From: Fimbriosthenelais zetlandica
Lineage: Eukaryota
Reading direction: 5' to 3'
NCBI GenBank assembly: GCA_977030845.1
Contig: OZ365119.1
Span: 6,696,001 to 6,760,000 of the forward strand
DNA: 64,000 nt
Part shown: positions 1-13,261 of the stretch, piece by piece
Numbering within the stretch: the first letter of the stretch is position 1
How the letters are laid out: each line of letters opens with the position of its first letter
Program-made: the position numbers and the translations under genes
The notes under the pieces: generated by a model
Seen by the model: only the letters and a program-made list of their open reading frames with translations
Databases searched by the model: none
What the model was told of the DNA's origin: nothing

Positions 1-2860
1 TTTATTTACACGATCTGATTTTGTGCACTTCATTTTTCTCCAAACCCTGAGAAAAATTCTGAGGAAATCTGAATATTTCTAAGAGCTAGCAGCATGCATT
101 TCATGGTTTCTTTCCATATTGAGTAGGCCTACAGACGTTCAATTGCTATATTATACAAGATTTAACAACAGGATTGTTTTGCCCAATTGTTTCAAAAATA
201 AACCCTTATTTCCCCTTTAATTCAAGTTAGACTGAACCAACCCCCCTTTACCTATTTTCCTCATCCCACAATACCTCAAAAGAAATCCTCCATCTTCTGG
301 CCCTGACAGGGATCGTTTTCAGATGGCTCCCTAGTTCACCAACCTGCCACCAGTCCTAACATACGGGCCTCTCGTTATGCTAATTACCTAGGCGTGGTTT
401 ATCATTCTAGACACAAATAAGCTAATTTGTTTCCATTGGTTTTCTCTGAACGCTCTCCTCCCCCATCCCCCGGGCAATCTTGCTTACTCTAAGTGCCCTT
501 CACTCCTCCCCCCAACTGTCTCTTTTCCCCTTGGTAAGGCACTCTGGAAGAAACTGGATGACAGGTTTGGTTTCGCAGGTTCTTCCTTGTACCAACTTTG
601 GGCACTTTCCCTATCCCAAGAATTGATAAACGGACCAATTTCAAAGGTTTCTTCCCCAGAAAAGTCTCACCTTTCAAAATGACATTTACTCACTATAAAG
701 ACTAACATCTTTCTTTATGTATGATATTGAGACCCTAAAGTGAATTTACGTGATTTTATATAGCATTTACCCTTTCTTTAAATATTTCACTATCCTTGTA
801 CTTGACACCAGAATTAAGACTTTGAAAACGAATGTTGGCCATAGATTTAACATAGCCATTTCAAACAGTTTCCTATACCGGAAATACCCCATTATCCTTG
901 AGAATAGCAATCCCCCATGGCCACCCACTTCGTTCCTGAGTGCCCCCACACACCAGCACCCCCCTCCGGCCTCTCTCCTGCCACTCCCCAACCGACTTTG
1001 TAACGAGCCATTTGATTGGCTCCTCACTGCTTCCGCTCCGCGCCATGTCCCTGCGTTTCCGCTTCCGGCTGTGAGTGAAATTATCAATTGGTTAGCTCGC
1101 AGTGGGGCAAAGTTAATTTTCCCCCTATACGTGAATTGTATCGAGCTTTCACTTGCCTCTCACACTGCTGAAAAAAAGCTGTGAATTCAATGAACTAGAC
1201 CAGGAAATATGGATGAAAAAACACCTCAATTTCTCTATTGAAATGAGCAAATTATTTCTTTTATACTGCATTTTTCTCTAGATATGTACATGCTGAATCT
1301 GTTGCAATACTTTTCATAATCGTAATTCATAGATTTAAATCATACTTGACCATGTTTCCATCCACAGATTTATATATATACAAGATTATTGGTCACTTAT
1401 AGAAAGCTAAATTGAATCATAATCCCTTATTTATTTCAAAATAAAACTCAATAAAAGCCAATAAAAACCAACCCCCTTCCCCCTTTCCCCCTCACAAAGA
1501 AGGCAGGTAGAGATGCCTTCATTTCGTGGAAGAAACGGCCATCATTTTCCTCCCCCTTACGTCAACTAAAGACATGATTGCGCCAGTGGCTGGCATGTTG
1601 GAAATCTTGCGCACCAATTATTTGACCATAAGTGACTTATTACCTCTAAGATGGGCAGGTTTGGCCAGCATTTGCTAATACTTGTAATTGCCAGAAAAAG
1701 ACCTGGTTTAGTCCCATACCCCCGCGCGCTCGCGCTGGGTCCATCTTAAATGACAATCTCTGCAATGACAATCCCAACCCCCCAACCCCACCCAACCTCA
1801 CCGAAGCTCGTCCGAAAGCCAGGCTGGTTGGCAATGCCTAGCGGGGACAGAGCCGGTGGAAAAGCCCCCCTAACAAGCTCAGGAAATGCACTAATGTCCT
1901 CAGCAAATGGAGTAAAAAGTACTTTATGGACTCATTGGCCGTACTTTACGATACTTCGCTTTCGTTATTAAATGAAATTAAGGCAAATTACTTCACTTAC
2001 AGGCACTGAAGGAAGGCCGGGTAATGGAGGGAGCACATTTTACCTATTACGGCTATTAGGCCGAGTGAGTGTGAGCGATAATACGTGGAAATTTGATATA
2101 CATGACGGCAGACGACAGGATGCCGGAAGCTGGTCTGATAAGGCGGCCTCTTGAAAGGCATCATGGGGGAAATGGGTCCCTGCTCGTGCTCACTCTCCTC
2201 CTTTCCCTTTCCCCTTTCCCCCTCCCTTTCCCATCTCTCCCACCCACCCCCACCCCAAAATCCCATACCCAATACCAAACGTCACGGAGTATTTCGTCCC
2301 ATCAAATGAACAACTTTTTAAGAGGGCCCTTTCACTTTCATCATTTTCGTCTTACGAACTGAGGTAATGTCGATGGAGATGCGGGTGGTTAAGATGGTGG
2401 CAGCTTTACGAGCAGTATAAATAAGAGATAAACAAGGGTAGGATAAATTCAGCTTCAGGAGGAGGAGAGGCGGCAGCAAAGTGGTAGTGCATGCATGTGA
2501 GTTGCCGCCCGGGAAATAGGTAGGGAATTTACTATAAGGGGAACACGCGAGTGGACATAAAAGACGTAATCTTTTACGCCCTTAAAACGTGGAGTGTTGG
2601 TTGGCGTTCTGCACGAAAAGCACAACAAAATGGCGCCAAATGACGCAAATTATTGACGCAGCTCGCAGGCGCAGACCGTCTAATGGCAGCCATTTTTGCT
2701 CATCACGCCCCTCGGGATTCTGAGAGAAAAGCGGAGGTGGTGGCCTGGAGGTGGCGCCAGCGGTACTCCGCGGCCAAGTAACGGCCGTGCCGAGACATCA
2801 CGAGACTTGTTAACTCCTCATTCAAACCGCCACTCTCCTCTTCTCCTTACAGTATTTTTC

Positions 2861-3084
2861 CTCCCCCTCCCCTCTCTCTCTGTATATATATATATGTCTG
2901 TCTCTGCCTCCCTCTTTCTCACTCTCTCTCTCTGTCCCTCTCTCTCCTTCACTCTTTCTTTCTTTCTCTCCCTGTCTTTGTCTCCCTCTCTCTGTCTCCC
3001 CCTCCCTCACTCTCTCTGTCTTTCTCTCTATGTCTTTCTCTATCTCTCGCACTCTCTCCCTTTCGCACTCTCTCCCTATCACTC

Positions 3085-3136
<52 letters not shown>

Positions 3137-3178
3137 TTCCCCTCTCTCCCTCTCTCTCCCTCCCCCCGACACTCTCTC
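2861..3178. repeat. CT/GA low-complexity block
   Basis: Pure (CT)n at ~3088-3131 within a CT-rich tract. Confidence 0.9.
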
Positions 3179-6100
3179 CGTCTTACATTATTTCACCCAC
3201 ATTTCTATTACATCAAATCATCCCCTCCTCACTGATTGTCATCGACATTTTACAAACTCACTCCGGTGTGCGCTGGAGGCGCTGGAGAGAAGAAAAAATC
3301 ATTGTCATTTTAGGCACAGACGATCGATTTTCGGCATGAAATGCTTGTGTGGAGAAAACGGCGGAGGCGTTAATAGAATCAGAGACTGGCAGCGTTCGCC
3401 TTGTGATGGTCGCAGCTAGCCGTCATTAAGTGCGCCTCCGTAATGCGTGCGCAGCCTCCCCAACTAACACACGCCGGGCCGAGGAGAGTGCCCCGGACCA
3501 AATTAAATAATCATATTTAAAGGCTTAATTAATGCTAATGACACTAATAAGTTGTGGCGGGAAAAGGTCGCCTCTGCGCTTAGGGGCGTTTGTTGTTTGC
3601 ACGCGACGCTAACAGAGGGCGCCCGTGAGAGCGCTTCATCATCACGTGACCGGTAAAAGTCGGTGATTTTTGCCCAGTCATCATGGTGGGCGATAATAGG
3701 GGAATTTGCCGTAGTGAGCGATGTTAGGGGTAGTTGGCCATGTTAGTAGTGATAGGAAGGTGAAGGGGAGTATTCCCACCAGTGCTGCAGCCCCACCTCA
3801 TCCCCCACCCCTCTCACATCTTATTCATGCCCGCACGCTATTACATTGTTATTTTGCGGTCAAATTTACACGTGAATTCGAGAAAATGTTTCCTGCAGGT
3901 CCACCCAGTCTCCCCCGAGAAGACAAGTTCTGCATTTTCGCTCATGTAATTGGTCCCGGAAGCATTTAATCTGCTCAAAAGCCAACTCATAATTTGCGAT
4001 TTAATGCCAATTATTTTCGCTGAAAATCGCCGTTGATAAGAAGCAATATTCCAATATGGCGACTGGCGATGGTTTTGCTTTTGAGGGTAAATTCAATTTT
4101 TCCTTCACCTACAGTAGAATCGAGCTGATTTGCCCTTGAACTTTTTGTATAGATGTTTCCACTATTCCACCAATTGTACTTTTGAACAAGGCCCATTGAA
4201 CTTGTTAGAGAATTCACACATCTGTTCATCAATAGCCAACATCGATCCCTCCTCAAGGTTCCTTCACTTCAACACGTGCGTGCTCCAGCACAAAATCTCC
4301 ACCCCCTAATCTATTTATTTAAATTAATTCATTTTGAGACAAGCCTATTTAGAGGTGCCACTTAGTGAAATCATTTCATTTGTCACTTTCGCTGTTAGTA
4401 GGGCTCCTACCACCATAATAAATAGCTATTTCATTACGAGGAGGGCTGGAGACGCCCCTCCATTGTGATTCCTCATTAGGGGCTGCAGAGGGGCTTTAGG
4501 CTCCCGGGAATTTTTATTATCGACACGTTGATTACATTATTTTGAACCCCTAATTCCGATCCTGGCTCTCTAACTCAAAGATTTTAGGTTCAAACCCACC
4601 ATTGTTGTAGGCCTACCACCCTTGGTTTTGACTTTGTGTTGTGCATCCTTTCTCAACTTGTTTGGGAATCGAGGTAAAGAAACAGAAACACCTTCTTGCC
4701 TTGTTCTTTTGATAGACACGTCTTGCCCCCGAAAAATTACAAGATAAATTGATTTTCTCATTCTCCGTGACGTGGCCAGATGACGTTAATCAGTAATAAT
4801 CTCGCCTAATCACGTTCACGTGAGAGGCAACGAGAACTCACGCGAGGTCGCGCTGCCGCGTGTGACCTCGTACAAGAAAGAGACGGGGGGCCGCCGGTGT
4901 TTGTTGTGGGAGGGTGCATGGGGGTGTCGGCGGCAGCCTATGGGGTAGGGGAGATGTGTCTGCTAAGGAAACTTTGTCATCTCTAATACAAACAATGAAT
5001 CTTAAGATTGTATATTTTTCTTCATCCACTCAAGTTTTCGATTTAAAGTACAAAATATGAGGCACGATTCCATGTGAATTAGGCTTACACCATCACAATT
5101 GAATTGTATATTTTATTATGAGTTTTACCACCAAATGCCTTTATACTTTTAGAAAACATACACTTACTATATCAGGGTAGGAATTTCAACATTTTTAGGG
5201 CACGTCCTCTGCAACCCTGATAGGGCATTAAAATGGTGAAAATTATATGTTTCCATAGCTGGGCGCACAGAAAATCGTGTGGGCATCGCGGCAAATTACC
5301 GCTTTGCCGCCGTTAAATTCCTTCCCTAATATATACCCAAGTACACATACATCATGGCTAGGCCAACAGCGCCCCTCGATCCATTCGTTTAAAATTATGA
5401 AATCCACAACCCCCCCCCCCCCCCGCCCCACCCGCTAAACGAGACTGGTAAATTGTAATTCTTCTAATTGCTATTAATCTACCAATTACGTCCGTCATTT
5501 TGAGTCGCGTCCCCACGTCATGCTCCTGTCATTTTGAAATTATCTAATTGACAACGAGGGATTAAAACTACAAATTGAGCGCCCTTCCCATTAGAATGGA
5601 TAAACCTACATTTTGAAATGGATTATAGTGAAGATTCCAGGCGTGTTGCATAAAAAAAGGCTCCAGAAAACATGCAGGCAGTTACTAGTAATTGCTCAGT
5701 TGTTTACTAATGACAACTTGTGCTGCATTTTAAACGTGTTTTTGAATTACGATTTTAATTCATTTACTAGGTGATTTCATCGTAAATATAATGAAACGAT
5801 CTGAATTATTTCCATCGTAAACTAAACAGCTTAATTTACTGATACTTTTCGGTTGTTATTATGTCGTTTAATAATATTTAACCCAAGATTAAAATCTGAA
5901 AAGGTTTATCTACATTATCCATTAACCAACTGAACTTAGGTTCATTGACTCCCCAATTTCATAATGATTTAAGACTCCTTTGCATTGTTCCTTAGTAAAT
6001 AATGATTTTAACTTTCAATTAACACTTAGCGGTAATTATAATAAGGAAATGCGACCAGCGTATTTATTATGACCGAGCCCTCCCAACAGTTTGTTTTCTT

Positions 6101-6669
6101 CGCAAGTGACGCGTGTCCAAGACACAATTTTTACAAAGGTGTCGATTGCGTCTATTGCAATCGAGCTGTCTGGGAGACTTATGCCTCCTAAGACCCATTT
6201 CATAAGGGGTCTGTGGCGTAAAATTGGTGTCAATTGCATGTTTATTCTGCCTAATTGCGATCAATTTGTATATGATAAATTTTGAACATTTTCAGACAGA
6301 TTTCTATAGCCATTCCATTGTAATGTTCTTGTTGTAACTTTCCCCACTATTTTTGAAACCATTTTGTACTGAGATATTCCTCACTATAGACATATTCAAT
6401 GCTTTTATGCAATACAAAACATACAATGCAAAACATGGCCTGCTATTTAGATGTCTAGATACCACATTGATGGGAAAGAGGTAATTAGTACATTAGTGTC
6501 GCGTCCCTTTTATGAAACGATCTACATTATGACATTTGTTGATATAGTCGGGCATTTCCTGCATTCCAGACATGTATAGGAGAGATGGAGGAGATTTTCT
6601 CATTATAAAAAGGTAGCTCTAGTTAGTGGCCGGGATGGAATGTCTCCTGGCAGAGATATATGGCGGAAG

Positions 6670-6671
6670 TC

Positions 6672-6705
<34 letters not shown>

Positions 6706-7170
6706 GGAGAGAAAGAGAGAGTGGGAGAGATAGAGAGAAAGAGAGATAGAGAGAGAGTGGGGGAGAGGTCAGAGAGAGATAGAGGGACAGAGAGAGTGAG
6801 ATATACAGAGAGACGGATAGAGAGAGAGGGACAAAGATAGCCTCAGAGGGAGAGAGAGAGAGAAAGACAGGGAGGGGGGGGGAGAGAAAGAGGGAAAAAT
6901 GGAATGAGAGAGTTATGGGGAGAAGCAAGGAGGATATATAGAGAGAGAAATAGCTTATAACTTGATAGCCTAAATGTAGAACAATTCATCTGGCAATATC
7001 TTTCCCTCTCCCGCCGCTCTCTTCCTCATCCCTAGCCATCCCTCCACTCTCCATCTCTCTCCATTTCCTATCTCCCTCTCTTCGAACCCGTCTCTCTATA
7101 CTCTCTCCCTTCTGATCGCTTCTCTCCCTCACTCCCCCATCTCTCTCTCCCCTCTCTCTAACTCTCCCCA
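6670..7170. repeat. GA block followed by an inverted CT block
   Basis: (GA)n-rich 6670-6950, (CT)-rich 7015-7170. Confidence 0.85.
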
Positions 7171-8273
7171 TGATAATGCCCCCGATGCCATAGTCCATAT
7201 GTGTCCAAAATAATTAGAGAAGGCGGATTAATATCGCAGACATGTAATTACATTTGATTGGAACTAATTGCAGGTCGCGCGGGAAGTCTCGCAAGGGACG
7301 TGATCCCGCGAGATGTGACGTTCAGGGGGGTCTCACGGAAGTTGTCCTGATGTCGAACCTGTGTGTGGTGTGGTGGGTGGGTGGGTGGGGAGCATAGCAG
7401 GGGACATAAAATAGTCCCTCAAACACGGGAGGCGTAGGGTTATGTTGCTTTGTAATTGGCGTGCTTCGGCTCTGGTTGAATAGAATACCGCCCTCCCAGT
7501 CCCACCCCCCCCCCCCCCCGTCCTCCCCCCATCTCCATTTAATACAAGCTTAATCAGTGAAGACCTACTCACAGCTCAATTGAGGTTTGTACAGATCAGT
7601 TTGCTTACAACATTCATTCAAGCCGCGACAGAAAATAGTCCGTCCTCTCTCCTCTCTCCTCTCTCTCCCTCCCGTCTCTCCCTCACTAGCTCCTCCCCTT
7701 TCCTTCTCTCAGTCTCTCCCTCCCTCCCCCATCCCCCATCCCACCTACAAATGAGTCGGGAGGGGGCTTGCATGTAGCTTGTAAGCCTCTGTTTTCAATT
7801 CTGACTTTCATTCTATGTCGCTCATGCAAGAAAGGCAGAAGCGTCAGGGATATTTAAACACTGGAGCGCTCCAAGAGTGAGTGTCAAAGTCAGAGAGGTT
7901 TAGGAATACACAACTTGGCAGAACCTCTCACTCATCCAATCCTCCTCCTCTCTCACTCGGATTTAATGCGACACTTTTGTCACCTGCTAAAAACAACTTT
8001 GGGATTTAAAAAAAACAAACTTTCATCCATCCCAAATATTTTGGACAAATGTTCTTTTCATAAAACATTTAAATGTCCAATTATTTGTGGCATTTTCCTT
8101 GACTTTGGACTTTTGATTCGGACTTGAATTTATTCTACACATCAGGAGCCAGCTTGGAAATAATACCATTGACTGAAAAAGTGACTTTCTCTGCTCAAAT
8201 ATCTCGGCGGAAAAATATTTTAAAATTTTGTAACAGAATTTCCTTGGGAGATATAGCCAAATAGACTTCACTC

Positions 8274-8822
8274 ATGCTTGGTCCAACGCCTTTTGCTATT
8301 TCGTACGCGGAAGGCATCGGGAAAGTGTTGGCTGAGAGGGAACGACAGATCCTCCAACACCAACAACAAAGTGCGTTTGCAACAGCAATCAAGCAAGAAC
8401 ACTACTTGGGACATTTCCCCAAAACCCAGGGCAATTTAAAAGTGACCCCGGGCGCCCTTTCCCCTTCGGAAAATCTACGATCCGCAAGTCCTAAAAGACT
8501 TGCAACAACTGCAAGCCCTCCAACGTGGACCTCCCCTTCCCGTCCTTCCTTCCCTCCTAGGGACGGGGTATCCCCTAAGGATCGTTCCCTCTCCCCTAGG
8601 GCGTTCAAATCGGACGCGTCCACTCCTATTCGTACCCCACCCCCTCATCATCCTTCCTCCTCGCCGACCTCTCCTCCATCTCCAGTACATGAACAACACA
8701 AAATGAATATATTCCAGGAGCATCCGCATTCTCACAGACCAACTTCTTTTTATATTGAGGACATTCTTCTTCCGAAACCCAAGCAGCTCCAGTATGCCCG
8801 GGCGGAACTGACGGCAGCTGCT

Positions 8823-8853
<31 letters not shown>

Positions 8854-9030
8854 GAGCTGCGGCCATGGGAGGCGGTGGTCCGTTGGGTGCTGGGCGGCCG
8901 ACTGCCGTTGGGTTGCCCGAGTATTATACCTATCTCCCCGGGCCTACCTATCTACCACAACAACACTTCGCTCACCCCGCTTTTGCTGCTCACAAACATG
9001 AACATCCATTCCTTCTCCCAGCAGGTGCAG
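8274..9030 (+). CDS. bsx: Bsx coding exon 1 (N-terminal extension, eh1 motif, poly-Ala)
   Basis: ORF 8274-9059; donor GCAG|GTAAGA at 9031, phase 1; contains SFYIEDIL. Start could alternatively be ATG 8703. Confidence 0.88.
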
Positions 9031-12000
9031 GTAAGAAAATTTCATATTTTTCTTTATAAAATATATATTTAAAAATATTTAAACGCCGAAGAAACTGACG
9101 CGGCTGTGGACGCGTCATTTTTAGATTATTTCTGGAACTTTTTGTTGTTAAAAAATCACTGGTTCTAGAGATAGAGGAATTTGATTGTGGAACGGCTAGA
9201 ACATGCTTTTTTTATTGCAAATATTTTCTTAGAAAATGTTTTGAAGTTTTTTTAAATGAATGGTGGAAGAAAATGACACCGTCTTGAAAATGGGCGCGCG
9301 TCTGAATATTGGCCTATGACAAAAACCTACATCTAATAATCCTGGCAAGAGTTGGATAAATAAATATCAAAAGTTTCATAAAATAAGTGTCAATAATTCT
9401 CGTCATATATTATGTCTAATAGTTCTTTTGACGGAGGCGATTTTATGGAGCTGGCAAACAATTAATATGAATATCTCGGCCGAGATATATTGGCTATAGT
9501 TTCTCTTTTGGGGAAGTATAGGCCTTTATACCAAAATATAGTTCCTTCCTATATGCTATAATGATTCCTAAAAAATTCATAAAGTCTATTTGTTCTATAT
9601 TACCATGAAGCGAACAAAACATTAATGTGACACATTAATGTGACGGAATTCCGTCACAGGCAAATTAAAAATTGATCAACTCGTTCCTGTAGATGAGGAA
9701 ATTCCTCTATGCAAGAAGGCAAAAATATACAGGAATCTTCATTTGAAATAATACTTTTATAAATGTGAAAGCTGCAGTTGACATAATCATTTATTTTTGA
9801 CAATTTTTTCGTCTACAATTCTTCTGGCGCTACATCTCAACAGAAATTTTCTTTTTCGTCGAATGTAACTTCAGGCTTGCATTCTGCAACCTATGAAATC
9901 ATAGTATAGGCCTCTGCAAAAATATCTTACCGCCTGTTTCCAAACTAATATTATCCATATGCATTGCTATAACATTCCGTTTGAAACAGGCTCCAGATGG
10001 GTTTCAAAAGCTCCAAACTGGTTTCAAAAGGAATATCTCTGGTAAAGTATGGCCAAAAACTGTCCATACAAGATTCACGAAACATTCAAAATATGGTGTA
10101 AACCGCGTCCAAAGCTGTTTCATAAAAAAAATTAGAGGGAAGGGATGTCTCTAAATATTTGTATAATGTCACCCGGAAACATTTCATTAGCTATGTATGT
10201 GAATCTTATAAATGTCAGCTTTCATAAGTTTCATTATAGCTTCATATATGTGACCATTATGAAATGGTTCTAATTATACATGACCAATTATCATGAACGC
10301 GCAAACTAGTATTAATTAACTCGTAAATAAGTCATAGTTGCGCTTATCGCTATTTGCTTTTGTAACGTGGTTTTGTAACACGCATATCTGGGATGCTTTG
10401 CATTTGTACTGACATTAGCTATAGATTAATTGGCTCTCTCATCTCCCTTCCTCTCGATCTGTTCATCTACATTCTCCCTAACTAGAAATATCAAATAGGC
10501 TATGTAGGTATATAACTGAGTACATACTTATATAGCTATACTACCCTCTCTCTCCGTCTACATTTCTCTCTCTCTCTCTTTCTCTCTCTTTCCCCCCTCT
10601 CCCTCTCTTTCTCTTTTTTCTCCTTTTCCCTTTATGTGTATAGATTATATTATTGTATCATATCTGATATATTTTAGACAGTTTTCTTACAATTCATAAG
10701 AGAGAGAGAGTGAGAGAGGGAGAGGGAACGAATATTCAGGGTCATTTTCAAAACAAAACACTAGCCATCTGCGCATTGGTATTCTTGTGTACCTCACACA
10801 CAACCCCCTCCCCACCCCTACACCACCCCCCCCCCCCCCGCCCCACCACACGCACAGACATCTCAATTGCAATTAACTAGTCCCCCTAAACCCGTGAAGT
10901 GGGTTCCGACCAAATTGCAGCTAGCTATAATACACACTAGAGCCGGGCGATAATCGAGGTATAATTCCATAGGCTTAACTTAAGGCACCCATAGGTGTGG
11001 CGGAGAGCATTAGAGAAAGGTTCTACACGCTAATGGTAGAACAATGGGTTTACGCGGAAAAGCGTTGGTAATAAACTGAGGTCTAATTCTATTGTTAATG
11101 GTTCAGACTGGTTGATTGCAATTGTAGGGACAACATCCCACCTCCAGACAACTTCAGACGTACGATATAGACTTAGCGCTTTTAATGCTTAAAACAATAA
11201 TTTTAGACTTAATGTATATAATGAAGTAATTAATGAATTAAATACATTTAACTACAATTTTGAAGGCTATGCTAATTTTCGATCTACCAAAAATTAGCAT
11301 ATATGCTTAGGATTTTGATAATATTGATCGTTGAGGCTTGTTCCCTTTTGATGTTGTGAATTAGACAGCTATTCAGTTATATTTTAAATAGAGATTGCGA
11401 AAAGCAAGTTATCGCGATATATCGGCTGTTATATTTCAAATCAAAACGAAACAATATTTAATTAGGTATTGCAATTGATATTCTACCAATGTTATTCTGC
11501 CACAGTCCAATATCGCGACCATCTTTACATTTTCTTGAGCCCAAATTCCACTTAATATCTTTACCGTATTTCCATGGCCGTTTCTGCTTTATTTTAATCC
11601 TTCAAAACTGACAGTTTCACTAACATTTTGTCCTTCTCTCTCTCCCCCCACCAGGTTTCCATTTGCCGGGATTGTTTCAGCATGACGCCCCAGGCAAACA
11701 TTGTCGCCGGCGGAAGGCGCGAACCGTCTTCAGCGATCAACAACTAAACGGTCTGGAGAAGCGATTTGAATCTCAGCGCTACCTCTCAACGCCTGAAAGA
11801 GTGGAGCTGGCCAATCAACTGAGCCTATCAGAAACTCAGGTATGTTTGTGTGTCACTTTAAGTTGAATAAACTTAAAAATTATCTACGCTCACTACATTT
11901 AAAACCGAATAGAGTATCATGCTTCCCTTGGAGACTCTTAGGTTATTGTCGTTTCTGTGTTTGAGATTCCCCAGTTCAATTCCGCAAGCATTCTCCAAAT

Positions 12001-13224
12001 TTGCCAGTGTCCTTTTCATCACCCAGTGCTGCTAACTGGGATATCAGCTTTGCAAAAGCCAGTAACTGGATGGTGGTGAGAGGCTTGTTGGGAGTCATCC
12101 GTCTGTTTTAAGAGGCATGTAAAAGCCTTGTTTATCGGTGTCGGTGCTGAAAGTCGAGGAAAAGCCGTCCATGTCTCCCACTGTCTGTGGAGAGAGGCTT
12201 GTAGAAGTTCATCTTTGTCTTTCACTGTCTGTTCTAAGAGGCATGTAAAAGACCAGTCATGTCTCTCACTGTCTGTGGTGAGAGGCACTGGAATGGTGTG
12301 GTGACGCCAGCGCCCCAGACGGTAGCTGCTAAATCTATTTCTCCTTATTGTCTCTTCTCTGAGATTGGCGAATTAGAAATCAACGAATGTGATCTTTTCT
12401 ATGAGAATTATTTGCTGGTTTTGGTACAGGTGAATGGATGAAATTCAATGCTAGCATTCTGTAAAAATGCATTGCTTCTCATACGGAATAGTCATTGGAA
12501 ATATCCAGTGAGAATTGTGTCACTCTTTGAATGAATGGCTCCACTTCCCGCTCTCTTTTATCCAAAACGAAAAATTCATTTTTCAAATTTTACATTATCA
12601 ACATTTGAAACGGAAAGGCCTGGATAGTTTTGCAGTTCAGTAAATGGTGTTCTAGTCTTTTCCCCGAAAGATTTGTCACATTTTGTCGGGTAGAGCTTGT
12701 AATTTAGCTTGTGCATGTTTTGTTATATAGTCGCAGCATTGTGGCTCCCTCGCTCGCCATTTTCGAGAACTAGAGAAAGCGCATTTTTGAGCATAGCTTT
12801 GGGTCTTCCGCATAAAAGTTGACTTCAGATTATATTTAAACTGTCTGGGAATTGATGGGGTGCCTGGAGGAGAGGTGACGGGGCTGATCACGTGTCTGTC
12901 TATCAGCCAATCAGCGTCAATGGTCGGTGGTTAAGTGTTAGATCGCGCGCCGCTCACCAGGCGGCGTGGCGGTGCGGCATGCGACTTCCGGTGGACGGAT
13001 GGACGCGGCCAGAATGAAATGAGTGTTTGTGGGAGAAAAGAGAGTCGACTAAGGAGAGAATGAAAGATTGAGAATAGGGAGGGAGAGTCGGGAGGGAATG
13101 GGACAAATAATGGAGATAGGATGGAGGCGGAGAGGACAGGGCGGGTGAGAGAGATAGGGACTTAGGGAGACTGAGAAATGGAGAAAGAAACGGAGAGAGG
13201 GAGAGAGATAGAGGGACACATGAT

Positions 13225-13261
<37 letters not shown>

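Noticed and set aside
750-1184. 144-aa ORF
   Set aside because: Non-ATG start, no domain or compositional sign of coding; it overlaps a regulatory-looking patch.
2360-2385. let-7-like TGAGGTA; mir-100/let-7/mir-125 lies near BSX in human
   Set aside because: Only 7 nt match, no hairpin, and no mir-100 or mir-125 mature sequence was seen by eye in the window.
1045-8273. In-frame splice of the 1045-1070 mini-exon into Bsx via the acceptor at 8236
   Set aside because: The frame matches but meets TAG at 8262 before ATG 8274.
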